Below are positions 46,592-57,796 of a stretch of DNA of 64,000 bases, piece after piece. The DNA comes from Candidatus Omnitrophota bacterium. GTDB taxonomy: Bacteria > Omnitrophota > Gorgyraeia > Gygaellales > Profunditerraquicolaceae. The stretch is taken from assembly GCA_041650835.1 (NCBI GenBank), contig JBAZKL010000002.1:14477-78476 (forward strand). Reading direction: 5' to 3'. Numbering within the stretch: the stretch's first letter is position 1; each line of letters begins with the position of its first letter. The notes under the pieces are model-generated. The model made no database searches, was not told the origin of the DNA, and saw only the letters and a program-made list of their open reading frames with translations. Position numbers and translations under genes: made by a program.

Positions 46592-47963
46592 TGGTGAAAT
46601 AAAGTTCGGGACTGACGGTTGGAGAGGGGTGATCGCGGAAACGTATACGTTTAAGAACGTGAAAATCGTCTCGCAGGCGGTCGCGGATTATTTGGGTAAA
46701 GGAAAGAAAGTAGTCGTCGGTTACGATACCCGCTTCATGTCCGGCCGCTTCGCGCGCACTGCAGCGGAGGTCTTGAACAATAACGGTATCTCGGTGGTCC
46801 TTTCTGATAAGGCCGTCCCGACGCCGACATTGAGCTTTGCGGTAAAAGCAAGAAAATTCGACCTGGGAGTTATGATCACGGCATCACATAATCCCGCGGA
46901 GTATAACGGCTTTAAGATAAAAAACGCTTCAGGAGGCGCGGCGGGCCCTGAAGTAACTCAAGCGGTAGAAAAGCTATTAGGGAAAACTCACCCAAAGACC
47001 GCAGGTGGCCCTTCGAGGATCGTTGTCGATGATATTATGTCCGAACAAGTCGCATTTATACGCTCCTATGTCGATTTTAATAAGATAAAGAACAAGAAGT
47101 TCAAAGTTTTAGTCGACGCGATGTATGGTTCAGGCTATGAATTTCTCGCCTACGTCCTTAAGGGCACGAACATTAAACTTGAATTTATGCGTAATACGGT
47201 CAACCCGTCTTTTGGCGGCAGGCATCCTGAGCCGCTTGAAGAGCTTGTTGAGGAATTAAAATCAAGGGTAAAGAAAGAAAAATTCGACCTGGGGATCGCC
47301 CTCGACGGCGATGCCGACCGGATCGCGGCTGTTGCCGCGGGCGGTGTCTATATTAATCCGCAGAAGATCCTGGGATTGCTCGCGCTCCATTTGAACCAGG
47401 ATAAAAAATACAGCGGCGGCATAGTCAAGACGATCGCCGGTTCGACCATGATCGATAAGATCGCCGGCTTCCTGGGGGTTGAATTGTTTGAGACTCCCGT
47501 TGGCTTTAAATATATTTCTAATCTTATGGAGACCGAGAATATCCTTACCGGCGGCGAGGAAGCAGGCGGTATGGGGGTCAAAGGTTACATCCCTGAGCGC
47601 GACGGTTCGGTAGCGGGCCTATTACTTTTGGAAATGATGGTATACCGGAATAAGGATATCCTGAAGATCTTAAATGAGGCGGAGAAGCAATTTGGAAGGT
47701 ATTATTACCTGCGTGACGACCTGAAAATAAAGAACCCCGTCGTGTTAAAAAAAGAGACGCTCCCGGGAAAATTACTGGGTAAAAAAGTAGTGGAAGTTAA
47801 GGATTATGACGGGATAAAAATGATCTGTGAGGACGAAAGCTGGCTCATGTTCCGCGCCTCAGGCACCGAGCCTATCGTGCGTATTTATACTGAATCGAAA
47901 AGTTTAGAGAGGTCCCGGCTGTTGATAGCCCTGGGCCGAAAGCTTATCGGGGGTAATCCGTAA
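46581..47963 (+). CDS. Phosphoglucomutase/phosphomannomutase
   Basis: FGTDGWRG, TASHNP, DGDADR, RASGTEP. Confidence 0.93.
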   Translation: MHGNGEIKFGTDGWRGVIAETYTFKNVKIVSQAVADYLGKGKKVVVGYDTRFMSGRFARTAAEVLNNNGISVVLSDKAVPTPTLSFAVKARKFDLGVMITASHNPAEYNGFKIKNASGGAAGPEVTQAVEKLLGKTHPKTAGGPSRIVVDDIMSEQVAFIRSYVDFNKIKNKKFKVLVDAMYGSGYEFLAYVLKGTNIKLEFMRNTVNPSFGGRHPEPLEELVEELKSRVKKEKFDLGIALDGDADRIAAVAAGGVYINPQKILGLLALHLNQDKKYSGGIVKTIAGSTMIDKIAGFLGVELFETPVGFKYISNLMETENILTGGEEAGGMGVKGYIPERDGSVAGLLLLEMMVYRNKDILKILNEAEKQFGRYYYLRDDLKIKNPVVLKKETLPGKLLGKKVVEVKDYDGIKMICEDESWLMFRASGTEPIVRIYTESKSLERSRLLIALGRKLIGGNP

Positions 47964-48562
47964 TGATATATGCGTGCTTACGCTTTCTTTCCTTCCTGGT
48001 CTTAAGGGTGTTTTTCGGGCTGCGGGTGACCGGAGTTGAGAATATACCGAAAACCGGCGGGTTTATTGTGGCGGGCAACCACGTGAGTTATTTTGACCCG
48101 GTTACTTTCGGCGTCGCTTGTTCCCGCATGAAGCTTAATTATATGGCCAAAGAGGAGCTTTTTACCAGGCCGCTTTTAGGCTGGCTCCTGCCGAGACTGC
48201 ATGTTTTTTCCGTGAGAAGGAATTCCGCCGATTTAGGCGCGATAAAAGAATCTATGCGAAGAGTAAAAAAAGGAGAAGGATTATTGTTGTTTCCTGAAGG
48301 CAGGCGTGTCAGTGAAGGTACTCCGGGTGAGCCTCTCCCCGGAGTCGGCTTCCTGGCTTCTAAACTCGGGGTCCCGGTTGTCCCTGCTTTTATTGAAGGT
48401 TCCGATAAAGTTTTACCCGTACACGCAAAGCGCATACATTTTGCGCGTATCCAGGTACGGTTTGGCAAGCAAATTTCCGTGGAAAGGAGGTTGCCGTATC
48501 AAGATGCTGCGCGAAATATCATGGATCAGATCAGGCAACTTTCATGTCAATTCCCCTGTTAG
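47963..48562 (+). CDS. plsC: 1-acyl-sn-glycerol-3-phosphate acyltransferase (PlsC family)
   Basis: NHVSYFD, FPEGRR. Confidence 0.88.
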   Translation: MIYACLRFLSFLVLRVFFGLRVTGVENIPKTGGFIVAGNHVSYFDPVTFGVACSRMKLNYMAKEELFTRPLLGWLLPRLHVFSVRRNSADLGAIKESMRRVKKGEGLLLFPEGRRVSEGTPGEPLPGVGFLASKLGVPVVPAFIEGSDKVLPVHAKRIHFARIQVRFGKQISVERRLPYQDAARNIMDQIRQLSCQFPC

Positions 48563-48941
48563 CTCTCTTGTCGCCGCTTATTCCGCGTTGTTTTTTCTTT
48601 ACAGGGCTTTTAGCCGGAGTATCAGTTTTTTTGTCCCGGTATACCTCGAGAAAAAACTTCCGGTTTCGCAGACTCTTTAGACGGCAAACGCTTCAATTGT
48701 TTTTGTTCGAAGTATATTGTAGAAATGTTGTTTTTCATGAGTGTTTTGGCTTTAACTCATGAACTTTGCGTTAAAATCTCTCGTGAAGGAGGTGTTGTGA
48801 GCGGTAGTGAATATTCATAAAAGTATCGATCGCTTATTATACGGATAAGCTTTATATTTGCTTTTAATTACACAAATTAAAAAGCCGGGGGCGATTAGAG
48901 AAGCAAAGCTTCGTTGCGAACCGGTCAATAGGGAGGAACCA

Positions 48942-50486
48942 ATGTTGTCAGAAAAAGAAACACTTGATCAGTTATATAATGAAAGTATTAAGATAGTCCG
49001 GGAAGGCCAGATCGTAAAAGGTAAGGTCGTTTCCGTTAAGCCTAAGGGAGTTTTAATCGATGTCGGTTTTAAGTCCGAGGGCGTAGTCCCGCTTCTTGAA
49101 TTCAGCAAAGAGGAGCTGGAGATCGGCAACGAACTTGATTTCTTCGTTGAGTCCATTGAAGATGAATCGGGGATGATCGTCCTGTCGCGTGAAAAATCCC
49201 GGCGTATCCAGGGTTGGGACCGCGTCGTCAAATATTCCCAGGATGGAACGCTGGTCGAAGGCTATATCAGTAAAAAAGTGAAAGGCGGCTTTTTGGTCGA
49301 TGTTATGGGTATCGAAGGCTTCTTGCCGGCTTCACTTTCCGCGTTTAAAGGGCAGACTGACAAAGAGATCCTGAACAAAACCTTTAAATTCAAGATCATT
49401 AAGATCAATAAGCTGCGTTACAGCATCATTTTGTCCAGACGGGAAGCAGTGCAAAAAGAACGCGATGAGATGAAAGATAAGCTGTGGCGTGAATTAAAGC
49501 CGAAGTCGATTTACACGGGCACCGTTAAAGCTATTACCGATTTCGGGGCTTTTATCGATTTAGGCGGGGTTGACGGCCTGCTGCATATAACCGATATGTC
49601 ATGGTCGAAAGTCGCGCATCCGTCAGAGATCGTTGCCGTGGGAGACAGGATCGAGGTCATGGTCTTAGGGCTCGATCAGGCGGCAAACAAGATATCTCTT
49701 GGTTTAAAACAGCGCCTGCCGGATCCCTGGCAGGATATTGAAACTAAATACAGCATTGGCACCCAGGTAAAAGGTAAAATAGTCAATATTCTCCCCTACG
49801 GTGTCTTTGTCGAACTTGAAAAAGGCATTGAAGGCCTGGTCCATATTTCCGAGATCTCATGGACGAAAAAAGTCAATAATCCTAACGAAGTTTTTGCTAT
49901 CGGCGATACGGTCGAAGCGCAAGTCTTGAGTTTGGATAAAGATTCGCGCAAGATCGCTTTGAGCTTAAAGCAGCTTGAGCAAAACCCCTGGATCGACGCG
50001 GAATCGAAATTCCCCCAGGGCACTAAAGTTCAGGGTAAAGTTAAAGGATTTACCAAGTATGGCGTGTTTATCGAACTGGACAGTAATTTGGAAGGCATGG
50101 TCCATATATCCGATATGTCCTGGACGAAGCGCATCTCTCATCCGCAGGATGTCCTGAAAAAAGGCCAAAAGATAGAAGCGATCGTGCTTTCTATCGACAG
50201 CCAGAATCAAAGGATCGCCCTGGGATTAAAACAGCTGCAGCCTAATCCTTGGTCGGAAATAGCTTTAAAATACCCGCTTGAATCGTACCTGGAAGAAGTG
50301 GAAGTCGCCAGCATCACCGACTTTGGCGTATTTGTAAAGATCGAAGAGGATTTAGAGGGCTTGATCTATGCCAGCGAGATCGATAAAGATGTCGTCTCCG
50401 GCCTTAAAGTCGGCGATAAAATCAGAGTTAAAGTCATTAAGATCGATATCGAGCAGGGAAAGATCGGGTTGTCTGCTAAAATCTAA
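48942..50486 (+). CDS. rpsA: 30S ribosomal protein bS1
   Basis: Repeated S1 domains ([22 protein letters not shown]); RBS GGGAGG before ATG 48942. Confidence 0.95.
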   Translation: MLSEKETLDQLYNESIKIVREGQIVKGKVVSVKPKGVLIDVGFKSEGVVPLLEFSKEELEIGNELDFFVESIEDESGMIVLSREKSRRIQGWDRVVKYSQDGTLVEGYISKKVKGGFLVDVMGIEGFLPASLSAFKGQTDKEILNKTFKFKIIKINKLRYSIILSRREAVQKERDEMKDKLWRELKPKSIYTGTVKAITDFGAFIDLGGVDGLLHITDMSWSKVAHPSEIVAVGDRIEVMVLGLDQAANKISLGLKQRLPDPWQDIETKYSIGTQVKGKIVNILPYGVFVELEKGIEGLVHISEISWTKKVNNPNEVFAIGDTVEAQVLSLDKDSRKIALSLKQLEQNPWIDAESKFPQGTKVQGKVKGFTKYGVFIELDSNLEGMVHISDMSWTKRISHPQDVLKKGQKIEAIVLSIDSQNQRIALGLKQLQPNPWSEIALKYPLESYLEEVEVASITDFGVFVKIEEDLEGLIYASEIDKDVVSGLKVGDKIRVKVIKIDIEQGKIGLSAKI

Positions 50487-50501
50487 GAAGGATATCCCTA
50501 T

Positions 50502-50537
50502 TCAAAGTACGGGCTCCTTTTCGGGCCCGTACTTTGA
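50502..50537. terminator. Stem-loop after rpsA
   Basis: TCAAAGTACGGGCTC...GGGCCCGTACTTTGA. Confidence 0.6.
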
Positions 50538-50557
50538 CCACGGGTTGTTTATTCGAA

Positions 50558-51739
50558 ATGACCGAGATAAAAAAGCAATTAGAGATAATCAAACGCGGCG
50601 CCGTAAATATCATTTCTGAAGAGGAATTGATCAAGAAACTCCAGGTATCCGCGAGTGAGAACCGGCCGCTCATTATTAAAGCCGGGTTTGATCCTACTGC
50701 CCCCGATATCCACCTCGGGCATACCGTACTTTTGAGAAAGCTGCGCCAGTTTCAGGATTTGGGGCATTTGGTTTATTTTCTCATCGGAGATTTTACGGCC
50801 CGTATCGGGGATCCTACCGGAAGGTCAGTGACGCGTAAAACCCTCAATAAGACAGAAGTGCTGGAAAACGCCCAAACCTATAAACAACAGGTGAGTAAGA
50901 TCCTGGATATGGAAAGGGCAAAAATAGTCTTTAACAGTTCATGGTTTGACGCTATGACCGTCGTTGAGCTGCTGCAATTGACCATGCACGCGACGGTAAG
51001 CCAGATGCTCGCCCGTGCTGACTTTAAAAAGCGCCTTGAACAGAAGCAGGACGTTTGCCTCCTTGAATTTATGTATCCTATCCTCCAGGGGTATGATTCC
51101 GTCATGCTTAAAAGCGATGTCGAGATCGGGGGGACCGACCAGATATTCAACCTGCTTATGGGGCGCGACCTTCAAAGAGACTATAACCAGGAGCAGCAAG
51201 TCGTCATTACCATGCCGCTTTTGGAAGGTACCGACGGCGTGCAGAAGATGAGTAAGTCATTTGATAATTATATCGGTATCAATGAAACCCCAAAAAACAA
51301 GTTCGGAAAGATCATGTCGATCTCAGATGAGCTCATGTATAAATATTTTACCCTGTTGACCGATGAAGACCTCGACGCGGTTAAAAACATGCATCCGAAA
51401 GCGGCGAAAGAAAGGCTGGCAGAGCTGATCATCAGTTGTTATGATTCAACTGAAGCCGCGCAAGCGGCACTGGGAGAGTTTAAACGCGTTTTTAGCGATA
51501 AAGAATTGCCTGAGGATATTCCGGTTTTAGAGCTCACTGCGGCCCGCGGAGTCCTGGATATTATCATCTGCGCAGGCATCGCCAAAAGCCGCAATGAAGT
51601 TAGGCGACTGGTCCAGCAGGGCGCGGTAACCTTTGACGGCGCCAAGGTAAGCGACGAAAATCTTCAAGTCATTAAAACAGGTATTTTAAAAGTCGGCAGC
51701 CGCCGTTTCCTTAAAATAATCGTATCTCCATCGCGTTAG
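50558..51739 (+). CDS. tyrS: Tyrosine--tRNA ligase
   Basis: [19 protein letters not shown]-terminal S4 domain. Confidence 0.95.
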   Translation: MTEIKKQLEIIKRGAVNIISEEELIKKLQVSASENRPLIIKAGFDPTAPDIHLGHTVLLRKLRQFQDLGHLVYFLIGDFTARIGDPTGRSVTRKTLNKTEVLENAQTYKQQVSKILDMERAKIVFNSSWFDAMTVVELLQLTMHATVSQMLARADFKKRLEQKQDVCLLEFMYPILQGYDSVMLKSDVEIGGTDQIFNLLMGRDLQRDYNQEQQVVITMPLLEGTDGVQKMSKSFDNYIGINETPKNKFGKIMSISDELMYKYFTLLTDEDLDAVKNMHPKAAKERLAELIISCYDSTEAAQAALGEFKRVFSDKELPEDIPVLELTAARGVLDIIICAGIAKSRNEVRRLVQQGAVTFDGAKVSDENLQVIKTGILKVGSRRFLKIIVSPSR

Positions 51740-51752
51740 AGGAGGCTTTCCT

Positions 51753-53048
51753 ATGCAGAAGGTCGCGGTAATCGGGGCAGGGTATGTAGGGCTAGTGACG
51801 GCGGTATGTTTTGCCGAATTAGGCAACCGTGTCGTCTGCGTCGATAATGACCCGGGCAAGATCGCTCTTTTGAAAAAAGGCCATGTTCCGATATATGAAC
51901 CGGGACTGGAAGCGCTGCTTAAGAAAAACGTTGCTTCGAAGCGGTTGGTTTTTTCCGGAAGCATAAAAGACGCGACCCTGCAATCGCAGGTGATCTTTAT
52001 CTGCGTTGGTACTCCGCCGCGCGATGACGGGAGCGCCGACCTGTCGGCTATTGAGAAAGTCGCCGAAACCATCGCCCGCGCGATGACCGAATATAAGGTC
52101 ATTATTGAAAAAAGCACGGTGCCGGCTGAAACGGGAGAGAAGATCAAGCGTACCATAGCAATGAACCGTGCCGGCGGTGTCGGCTTTGATGTTGTTTCAA
52201 ATCCCGAATTCCTGCGGGAAGGCCAGGCAATAGAAGATACGATGCACCCGGAGCGTATTGTGATCGGCTTGGAAAGCAAAAAAGCTGAAAAGATCATGCG
52301 CGATCTGTTTAAGCCGATCAAAGCGCCGATAATCGTGACTGATATTGAAAGCGCGGAGATCATAAAGCACGCTTCGAATTCATTCCTGGCAACAAAGATA
52401 TCGTTTATAAACGCGGTGGCCTGCGTCTGCGAGAAGGTCGGAGCCGATGTTGAAAAGGTCGCCCTCGGCATGGGGTATGATAAGCGTATAGGCAAGGCGT
52501 TTTTGCGGGCGGGCGCCGGATTCGGCGGTTTTTGTTTCCCTAAAGACCTGGACGCGTTCATTCATCTGGCCCATCATAAAGGATACGAGTTTGAGCTGCT
52601 CAAACTCGTGCGTAAAATAAACGACGGGCAGAAAAAACTGCTGATTAAGAAGATCGAAGACGCGCTTTGGATAATCAAAGATAAGACTATCGCTGTTTTA
52701 GGCTTAAGCTTTAAGCCTGATACCGATGATACGCGCTGTTCGGTAGCCATCGATGTGATCAGGATGCTTCAGGCCGCAGGCGCGGTGATCCGCGCGTACG
52801 ACCCCCAGGCTATGGCGAAAGCGCGCCTCCTCCTGGAAAACGTTACTTTCTGCAAGAGCCCTTATGAAGCGGTAAAAATGAGCAATTGCCTTTTGATCAT
52901 GACAGAGTGGGATGAGTTCCGCGCCCTGGATTTTGCCCGTATCAAGAAGCTCCTGCGACAGCCGGTCATTGTCGACGGACGCAATATGTTCGAGTGCGCA
53001 GAGATGAAAAGGCGGGGGTTTGTCTATAAATCTTTCGGGCGCGAGTAA
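51753..53048 (+). CDS. ugd: UDP-glucose 6-dehydrogenase
   Basis: GAGYVG, SNPEFLREG, GFGGFCFPKD, FKPDTDD. Confidence 0.92.
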   Translation: MQKVAVIGAGYVGLVTAVCFAELGNRVVCVDNDPGKIALLKKGHVPIYEPGLEALLKKNVASKRLVFSGSIKDATLQSQVIFICVGTPPRDDGSADLSAIEKVAETIARAMTEYKVIIEKSTVPAETGEKIKRTIAMNRAGGVGFDVVSNPEFLREGQAIEDTMHPERIVIGLESKKAEKIMRDLFKPIKAPIIVTDIESAEIIKHASNSFLATKISFINAVACVCEKVGADVEKVALGMGYDKRIGKAFLRAGAGFGGFCFPKDLDAFIHLAHHKGYEFELLKLVRKINDGQKKLLIKKIEDALWIIKDKTIAVLGLSFKPDTDDTRCSVAIDVIRMLQAAGAVIRAYDPQAMAKARLLLENVTFCKSPYEAVKMSNCLLIMTEWDEFRALDFARIKKLLRQPVIVDGRNMFECAEMKRRGFVYKSFGRE

Positions 53049-53084
53049 GTCAACGGTTTACAACCTAAACGTAAAGGCTAAAAA

Positions 53085-54026
53085 ATGAACATACTTGTTA
53101 CCGGCGGCGCCGGATTCATCGGGTCTCACTTATGTTCGCGGCTCTTGTCAAAAGGCTGCCGCGTTATCTGCGTCGATAATTTTATCACCAGTTCCCCGGA
53201 TAATATCCGCAAGCTGCGTAAGGACAAAAAATTCCAATTCATCCGCCATGATATTTCACAGCCGCTTAAGGTCTCCTGTTCATTGGACTGGGTGATGCAT
53301 TTTGCTTCTCTCGCTTCTCCGAAAGACTACCTGCGGTATCCGATCAAGACTTTAAAAGCCGGGACATTAGGCACGTATAACTGTTTAGGGATAGCGAAAG
53401 CTAAATCTGCAAGATTCTTCCTGGCTTCAACTTCAGAGGTTTACGGCGACCCCCAGATTTCCCCGCAGCCGGAGAAATACTGGGGCAATGTTAATCCCGT
53501 GGGGGTGCGCTCATGCTATGACGAATCCAAGCGTGCCGCTGAAGCTTTGAGCTTTGCTTATATGCGAGAACACGCGCTTTCGATCAAAGTGATCAGGATC
53601 TTTAATACGTACGGTCCGCTCATGCGTATTGATGATGGCAGGGTAGTTTCTAATTTTATTCATCAGGCTTTGACGGGGGAACCCTTGACGGTCTACGGCA
53701 AAGGCGATCAGACGCGCTCGTTCTGTTATGTGGATGACTTGATCGACGGGATCACTGCCTTTATGAAAGTCGCCGATCCGGGACCTTTAAACCTGGGGAC
53801 GCCGTTTGAATTTACTGTCCTGGAACTGGCGAAAAAGGTTTTGTCGCTGACTCACTCGAAATCAAAGGTGCGTTTCCTTCGCCTGCCTGAGGATGACCCG
53901 AAGCAGCGCAAGCCCGAGCTGACGAAAGCAAAAAAACTTATTGCCTGGAAGCCTCGCGTTACTTTGGATGAAGGACTGGCACGCACCATAGCCTATTTTC
54001 AATCGCAAATAAAAAAGAAACGATGA
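53085..54026 (+). CDS. UDP-glucuronate decarboxylase (UDP-xylose synthase)
   Basis: STSEVYGDP, YWGNVNPVG.RSCYDESKR, DDGRVVSNF, DDPKQR. Confidence 0.9.
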   Translation: MNILVTGGAGFIGSHLCSRLLSKGCRVICVDNFITSSPDNIRKLRKDKKFQFIRHDISQPLKVSCSLDWVMHFASLASPKDYLRYPIKTLKAGTLGTYNCLGIAKAKSARFFLASTSEVYGDPQISPQPEKYWGNVNPVGVRSCYDESKRAAEALSFAYMREHALSIKVIRIFNTYGPLMRIDDGRVVSNFIHQALTGEPLTVYGKGDQTRSFCYVDDLIDGITAFMKVADPGPLNLGTPFEFTVLELAKKVLSLTHSKSKVRFLRLPEDDPKQRKPELTKAKKLIAWKPRVTLDEGLARTIAYFQSQIKKKR

Positions 54027-55048
54027 CGCTCTCTTTAACGGAGAAAGCGCGGTTTAGTATCGACCGGAATAACCGCTTGCGCATTACCGACGGCAGTAAC
54101 AGTATCGCTCCTGCCGGCAGCTTCTCAATCGGTGCCGCGCAACGCCTTATCTATACGCTGCACGAAAGCCCCTCCTGGAGAAAAGCTAACGGCGCAATTC
54201 CCTCAAAATTAACCTTTGACGGCGCATGGCGACTGACCCCTGATTACAACCTGGAATTGATCCGTACCCCTTTCGGCGGCTCCGCGCGGAAAGAACTGCT
54301 TGTTTTGAGATGCAATTCATTGATCAATAAATCCGATTCACTTGTCTTTGAGCTTATCGGTTCTCACGGTCAACAGCGGGATTCCCTTCAATCAATATCG
54401 TTAAAAGGAAAATGGCAGGCTGACGAGCAAAACAGGCTCGTCTTTTATGCAACGGGTAAGCCGGCTGCCTCCAAGATTGTATTGGGGGGCGCCTGGGAAC
54501 TTAACAAAAACCAGCAGGTAGTATATAGTTTTGAGAAGGCCGACCTTAAGACTAAAACAAAAAAGACGCATGAGCTTTTATTCGAAGGCTTCTGGAAGAT
54601 AGATTCCCGTAACCGCTTAAGCTATAGCCTCTCAGGGAGCACTCGCTCGAGCTTTTCCTTTCGCGCGCAGCTTGAAAGTCCAAACTTGTATCCTGCCGAC
54701 AATATGATAAAATACCGTATAGGCATCGGTTTAGCGCGGCAGGCGGGTGAAAAACAAAAGACCATTTCTCTCTACGGGGTATGGAAGATCGGCCGCAGGT
54801 ATTCACCTGTCTTTGAAATGCAATACGCTCACGGCCGTATCCGGAGAATGGAGTTCGGCTCAAGGGTATCGGTCAACAGAAATAATGAAGTCATGCTGGC
54901 GCTTGTTAGCCGCGAGCATGAGCCGCTCGGTATTACCTTAACCTATACGCGTAATTTTTCCAAGAAGCTTGATGCCCGGGCTTTTGTGCGCTTGCGCAAG
55001 TCTTCGCGTGAAAATGCCGTGGAAGCGGGGATCAGTTTCCCGTTTTAA
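54023..55048 (+). CDS. Hypothetical beta-rich repeat protein
   Basis: Long ORF overlapping the upstream stop; repeated GxW/FxI(D)xxNxL motifs. Confidence 0.7.
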   Translation: MTLSLTEKARFSIDRNNRLRITDGSNSIAPAGSFSIGAAQRLIYTLHESPSWRKANGAIPSKLTFDGAWRLTPDYNLELIRTPFGGSARKELLVLRCNSLINKSDSLVFELIGSHGQQRDSLQSISLKGKWQADEQNRLVFYATGKPAASKIVLGGAWELNKNQQVVYSFEKADLKTKTKKTHELLFEGFWKIDSRNRLSYSLSGSTRSSFSFRAQLESPNLYPADNMIKYRIGIGLARQAGEKQKTISLYGVWKIGRRYSPVFEMQYAHGRIRRMEFGSRVSVNRNNEVMLALVSREHEPLGITLTYTRNFSKKLDARAFVRLRKSSRENAVEAGISFPF

Positions 55049-55083
55049 CGCCTTCGCGGTGATTTTAAAATAAGGGGTGAGTT

Positions 55084-55956
55084 ATGAAAGGGATCATTTT
55101 AGCAGGAGGCAGGGCGACGAGGCTCTATCCGGTCACGCGCGCGGTATGTAAACAATTACTGCCCGTCTATGATAAACCGATGATTTATTACCCATTGTCG
55201 ACATTGTTGATGACGGGTAAGATCAGGGATATTCTTATTATTTCGACTTCTGAGGCCCTTCCCGCGTTTAAGGACCTTCTGGGTAACGGATTTTCCTTAG
55301 GTATAAATATTTCGTACGCCGTCCAGGAGGAGCCCACCGGTATTGCTTCCAGTTTTCTGATCGGCGAGAAATTTATCGGAAGGGACAGGGTCTGTTTGAT
55401 CCTGGGAGATAATATTTTTTACGGGGACCATTTTTCACGGATCCTCAAATCAGGTTCTGATAAGCGGGGAGGGACGGTCATTTTCGGCTACCAGGTCAAA
55501 GATCCCGGGCGTTACGGAGTGATCAAATTCAATAAAGATTACAAAGTGCTTTCCATTCAAGAAAAGCCCAAGAAGCCGGAGTCCCACTGGGTGGTAACGG
55601 GCCTCTATTTCTATGATAATGATGTTGTGCGTATCGCTAAAAATCTTAAGCCTTCTTTGAGGGGGGAGCTTGAGATCACCGATGTTAATAACGAATATTT
55701 GAGGAAGGGCCGGTTGAAAGTACAGCTGCTCAACAGAGGGTGCGCCTGGCTTGATACCGGGACGCATGATTCCCTGATCAGCGCTTCCAGCTTTGTCCAG
55801 ACGATCGAAGACCGGCAGGGCTTAAAGATAGGCTGTATCGAAGAAGTGGCATACCGGATGGGTTATATTAATGCTGAACAGCTTTTGCGGCTGGCAAATT
55901 CAAGTTTAACCGGATATGGTGATTATCTTAAGGGGATCGTGAAAGATGAAAAATAA
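55084..55956 (+). CDS. rmlA: Glucose-1-phosphate thymidylyltransferase
   Basis: KGIILAGG..TRLYP, KQLLPVYDKPMIYYP, RGELEITD. Confidence 0.95.
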   Translation: MKGIILAGGRATRLYPVTRAVCKQLLPVYDKPMIYYPLSTLLMTGKIRDILIISTSEALPAFKDLLGNGFSLGINISYAVQEEPTGIASSFLIGEKFIGRDRVCLILGDNIFYGDHFSRILKSGSDKRGGTVIFGYQVKDPGRYGVIKFNKDYKVLSIQEKPKKPESHWVVTGLYFYDNDVVRIAKNLKPSLRGELEITDVNNEYLRKGRLKVQLLNRGCAWLDTGTHDSLISASSFVQTIEDRQGLKIGCIEEVAYRMGYINAEQLLRLANSSLTGYGDYLKGIVKDEK

Positions 55957-56800
55957 AATCCTTGTCCTGGGAGAAGGTTTTATCGGCACCCGTATCAAAG
56001 AAGCATTGTCGGCTGAGAGCTCCGGCAGCAGGATCTCGAGCTTTGACGACGCGCGGAAGCTCGTGCGCAGGCATAAGCCTGAGATCATCATTAATTGCAT
56101 CGGCCATATAGGCGAAAATGTCGACCAATGCGAGATGGATAAAGATAAAACATTGCTTGCCAATACGTTTGTGCCGTTCATGCTCGCGGAGATAGCGCTG
56201 CGTAATAACATAAAGCTGGTGCATATTTCCAGCGGTTGTATTTATCATTACGATTACGCGGGCGACCGGCCTTTGACGGAGGAAGCCCGGCCCGATTTCT
56301 TCGACCTTTTCTACAGCCGCACTAAGATCTATTCTGAAGAGGGCCTGCGTGTTTTGTCAGCCGCGTACCCGGTTTTGATCTTGCGCATACGCATTCCGCT
56401 CGATAACCGCCCGTATAAGAGGAATTTATTGACCAAGCTGATCGGTTTTCCCGGTGTCATCGACGTGCCGAATTCAATCACCTACGTCCCTGATTTTCTC
56501 CTCGCGCTCAAACACCTGCTTTTCTCCGGTGCCAGAGGCATATATAATGTCGTTAATAAGGGAGGGTTACGTTACCCCGAGCTCCTGGATGTGTATAAAA
56601 AATATGTCCCTGATTTTTCCTACCGGGTGATCGATTACAAGAAATTAAAACTCATCAGGACTAACCTGCTTTTGTCTGTCCGTAAACTGGAAAAAAGCGG
56701 CTTTACCGTGCGTTCTATCCGCGACTGCCTTGATGAATGCGTCAGTCAGTATTGCGGGGGAGCCCTCGCTTCCGCGCGCCGTAAAGGAGGAATCGTATGA
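55946..56800 (+). CDS. NDP-4-keto-6-deoxyglucose 3,5-epimerase/4-reductase (NRS/ER-like, RmlD superfamily)
   Basis: NVDQCE, SSGCIY, FYSRTK, LRIRIP, RNLLTKL, DVPNSIT match the plant NRS/ER pattern as recalled. Confidence 0.75.
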   Translation: MKNKILVLGEGFIGTRIKEALSAESSGSRISSFDDARKLVRRHKPEIIINCIGHIGENVDQCEMDKDKTLLANTFVPFMLAEIALRNNIKLVHISSGCIYHYDYAGDRPLTEEARPDFFDLFYSRTKIYSEEGLRVLSAAYPVLILRIRIPLDNRPYKRNLLTKLIGFPGVIDVPNSITYVPDFLLALKHLLFSGARGIYNVVNKGGLRYPELLDVYKKYVPDFSYRVIDYKKLKLIRTNLLLSVRKLEKSGFTVRSIRDCLDECVSQYCGGALASARRKGGIV

Positions 56801-57777
56801 AGCTTTTAGTTACCGGAGGAGCCGGGTTTATCGGGAGTGAATTTGTCAGGCAGTCGCTCGGGAAGAAGCATAAGGTCATTGTCCTTGACGCATTGACCTA
56901 TGCCGGCGACCTGAAGCGCTTGGATGAGGTAAAGGGGAGATTCGCCTTATATAAAGCGGATATTTGCGACCGCAGGGCGCTGGCAGGGATATTCAAGAAA
57001 GAAAAACCCGACATGGTGGTCAATTTTGCCGCGGAGTCGCATGTGGACCGTAGTATCCGGGACGCGGCTCCTTTTATTAAAACGAATGTTTCCGGAACAG
57101 AGGCCCTTTTAGCTGTTTCGCGGCTTTATGGAATAAAGCGTTTCGTGCATATTTCGACGGATGAAGTTTACGGCGATATTAAACGAGGTAGGTTCGTAGA
57201 AGGCGACCCGCTCAATCCGAGCAGCCCCTACGCGGCCTCCAAGGCGGCCGCCGACCTGTTGATAAAGTCTTATGTGCGCACGTATTCGTTGCCCGCGGTC
57301 ATCATCCGCCCCAGTAATAATTACGGGCCGTGGCAGTATCCTGAAAAATTTATCCCCCTTTCGATCATGAAGCTGTTACACGGAGAAAAGATCCCGCTTT
57401 ACGCAGACGGAAGAAATGTCCGCGAATGGCTTTTTGTCGAAGACTGCGCCAGGGGTATCCTTAAAATAATGAGCAGCGCAAAAAACGGTGAGATCTATAA
57501 CCTCGGCAGTGATATTGAAAAACAAAATATAGACGTGGCAAAAATGATCTTGTCGGCTTTAAAGCTTTCTGCCGGAAGGATAGAATTCGTCAAAGACAGG
57601 CCCGGCCACGATATCCGTTACCGCCTTGATTCATCGAAATTAAAGCGCCAGGCCTCCTGGAAGGCGCAGGTAAGCCTGCCTGCCGGATTGCTTAAGACTA
57701 TAACCTGGTGCCGCCGCAACGAAGCGTGGTTATCGAGCAAACGCAAGGACATTTCAGATTTTTATAAGAGCCGTTGA
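56797..57777 (+). CDS. rmlB: dTDP-glucose 4,6-dehydratase
   Basis: AAESHVDRSI, STDEVYG, SPYAASK, DRPGHD.RY. Confidence 0.93.
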   Translation: MKLLVTGGAGFIGSEFVRQSLGKKHKVIVLDALTYAGDLKRLDEVKGRFALYKADICDRRALAGIFKKEKPDMVVNFAAESHVDRSIRDAAPFIKTNVSGTEALLAVSRLYGIKRFVHISTDEVYGDIKRGRFVEGDPLNPSSPYAASKAAADLLIKSYVRTYSLPAVIIRPSNNYGPWQYPEKFIPLSIMKLLHGEKIPLYADGRNVREWLFVEDCARGILKIMSSAKNGEIYNLGSDIEKQNIDVAKMILSALKLSAGRIEFVKDRPGHDIRYRLDSSKLKRQASWKAQVSLPAGLLKTITWCRRNEAWLSSKRKDISDFYKSR

Positions 57778-57796
57778 AGTTCAGTCCCATCAAATA

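Noticed and set aside
48544-48941. Small ORFs or a uORF between plsC and rpsA (strong SD AAGGAGGT near 48787)
   Set aside because: Only a 7-codon or start-stop frame with poor spacing; other ORFs lack motifs; cannot be supported
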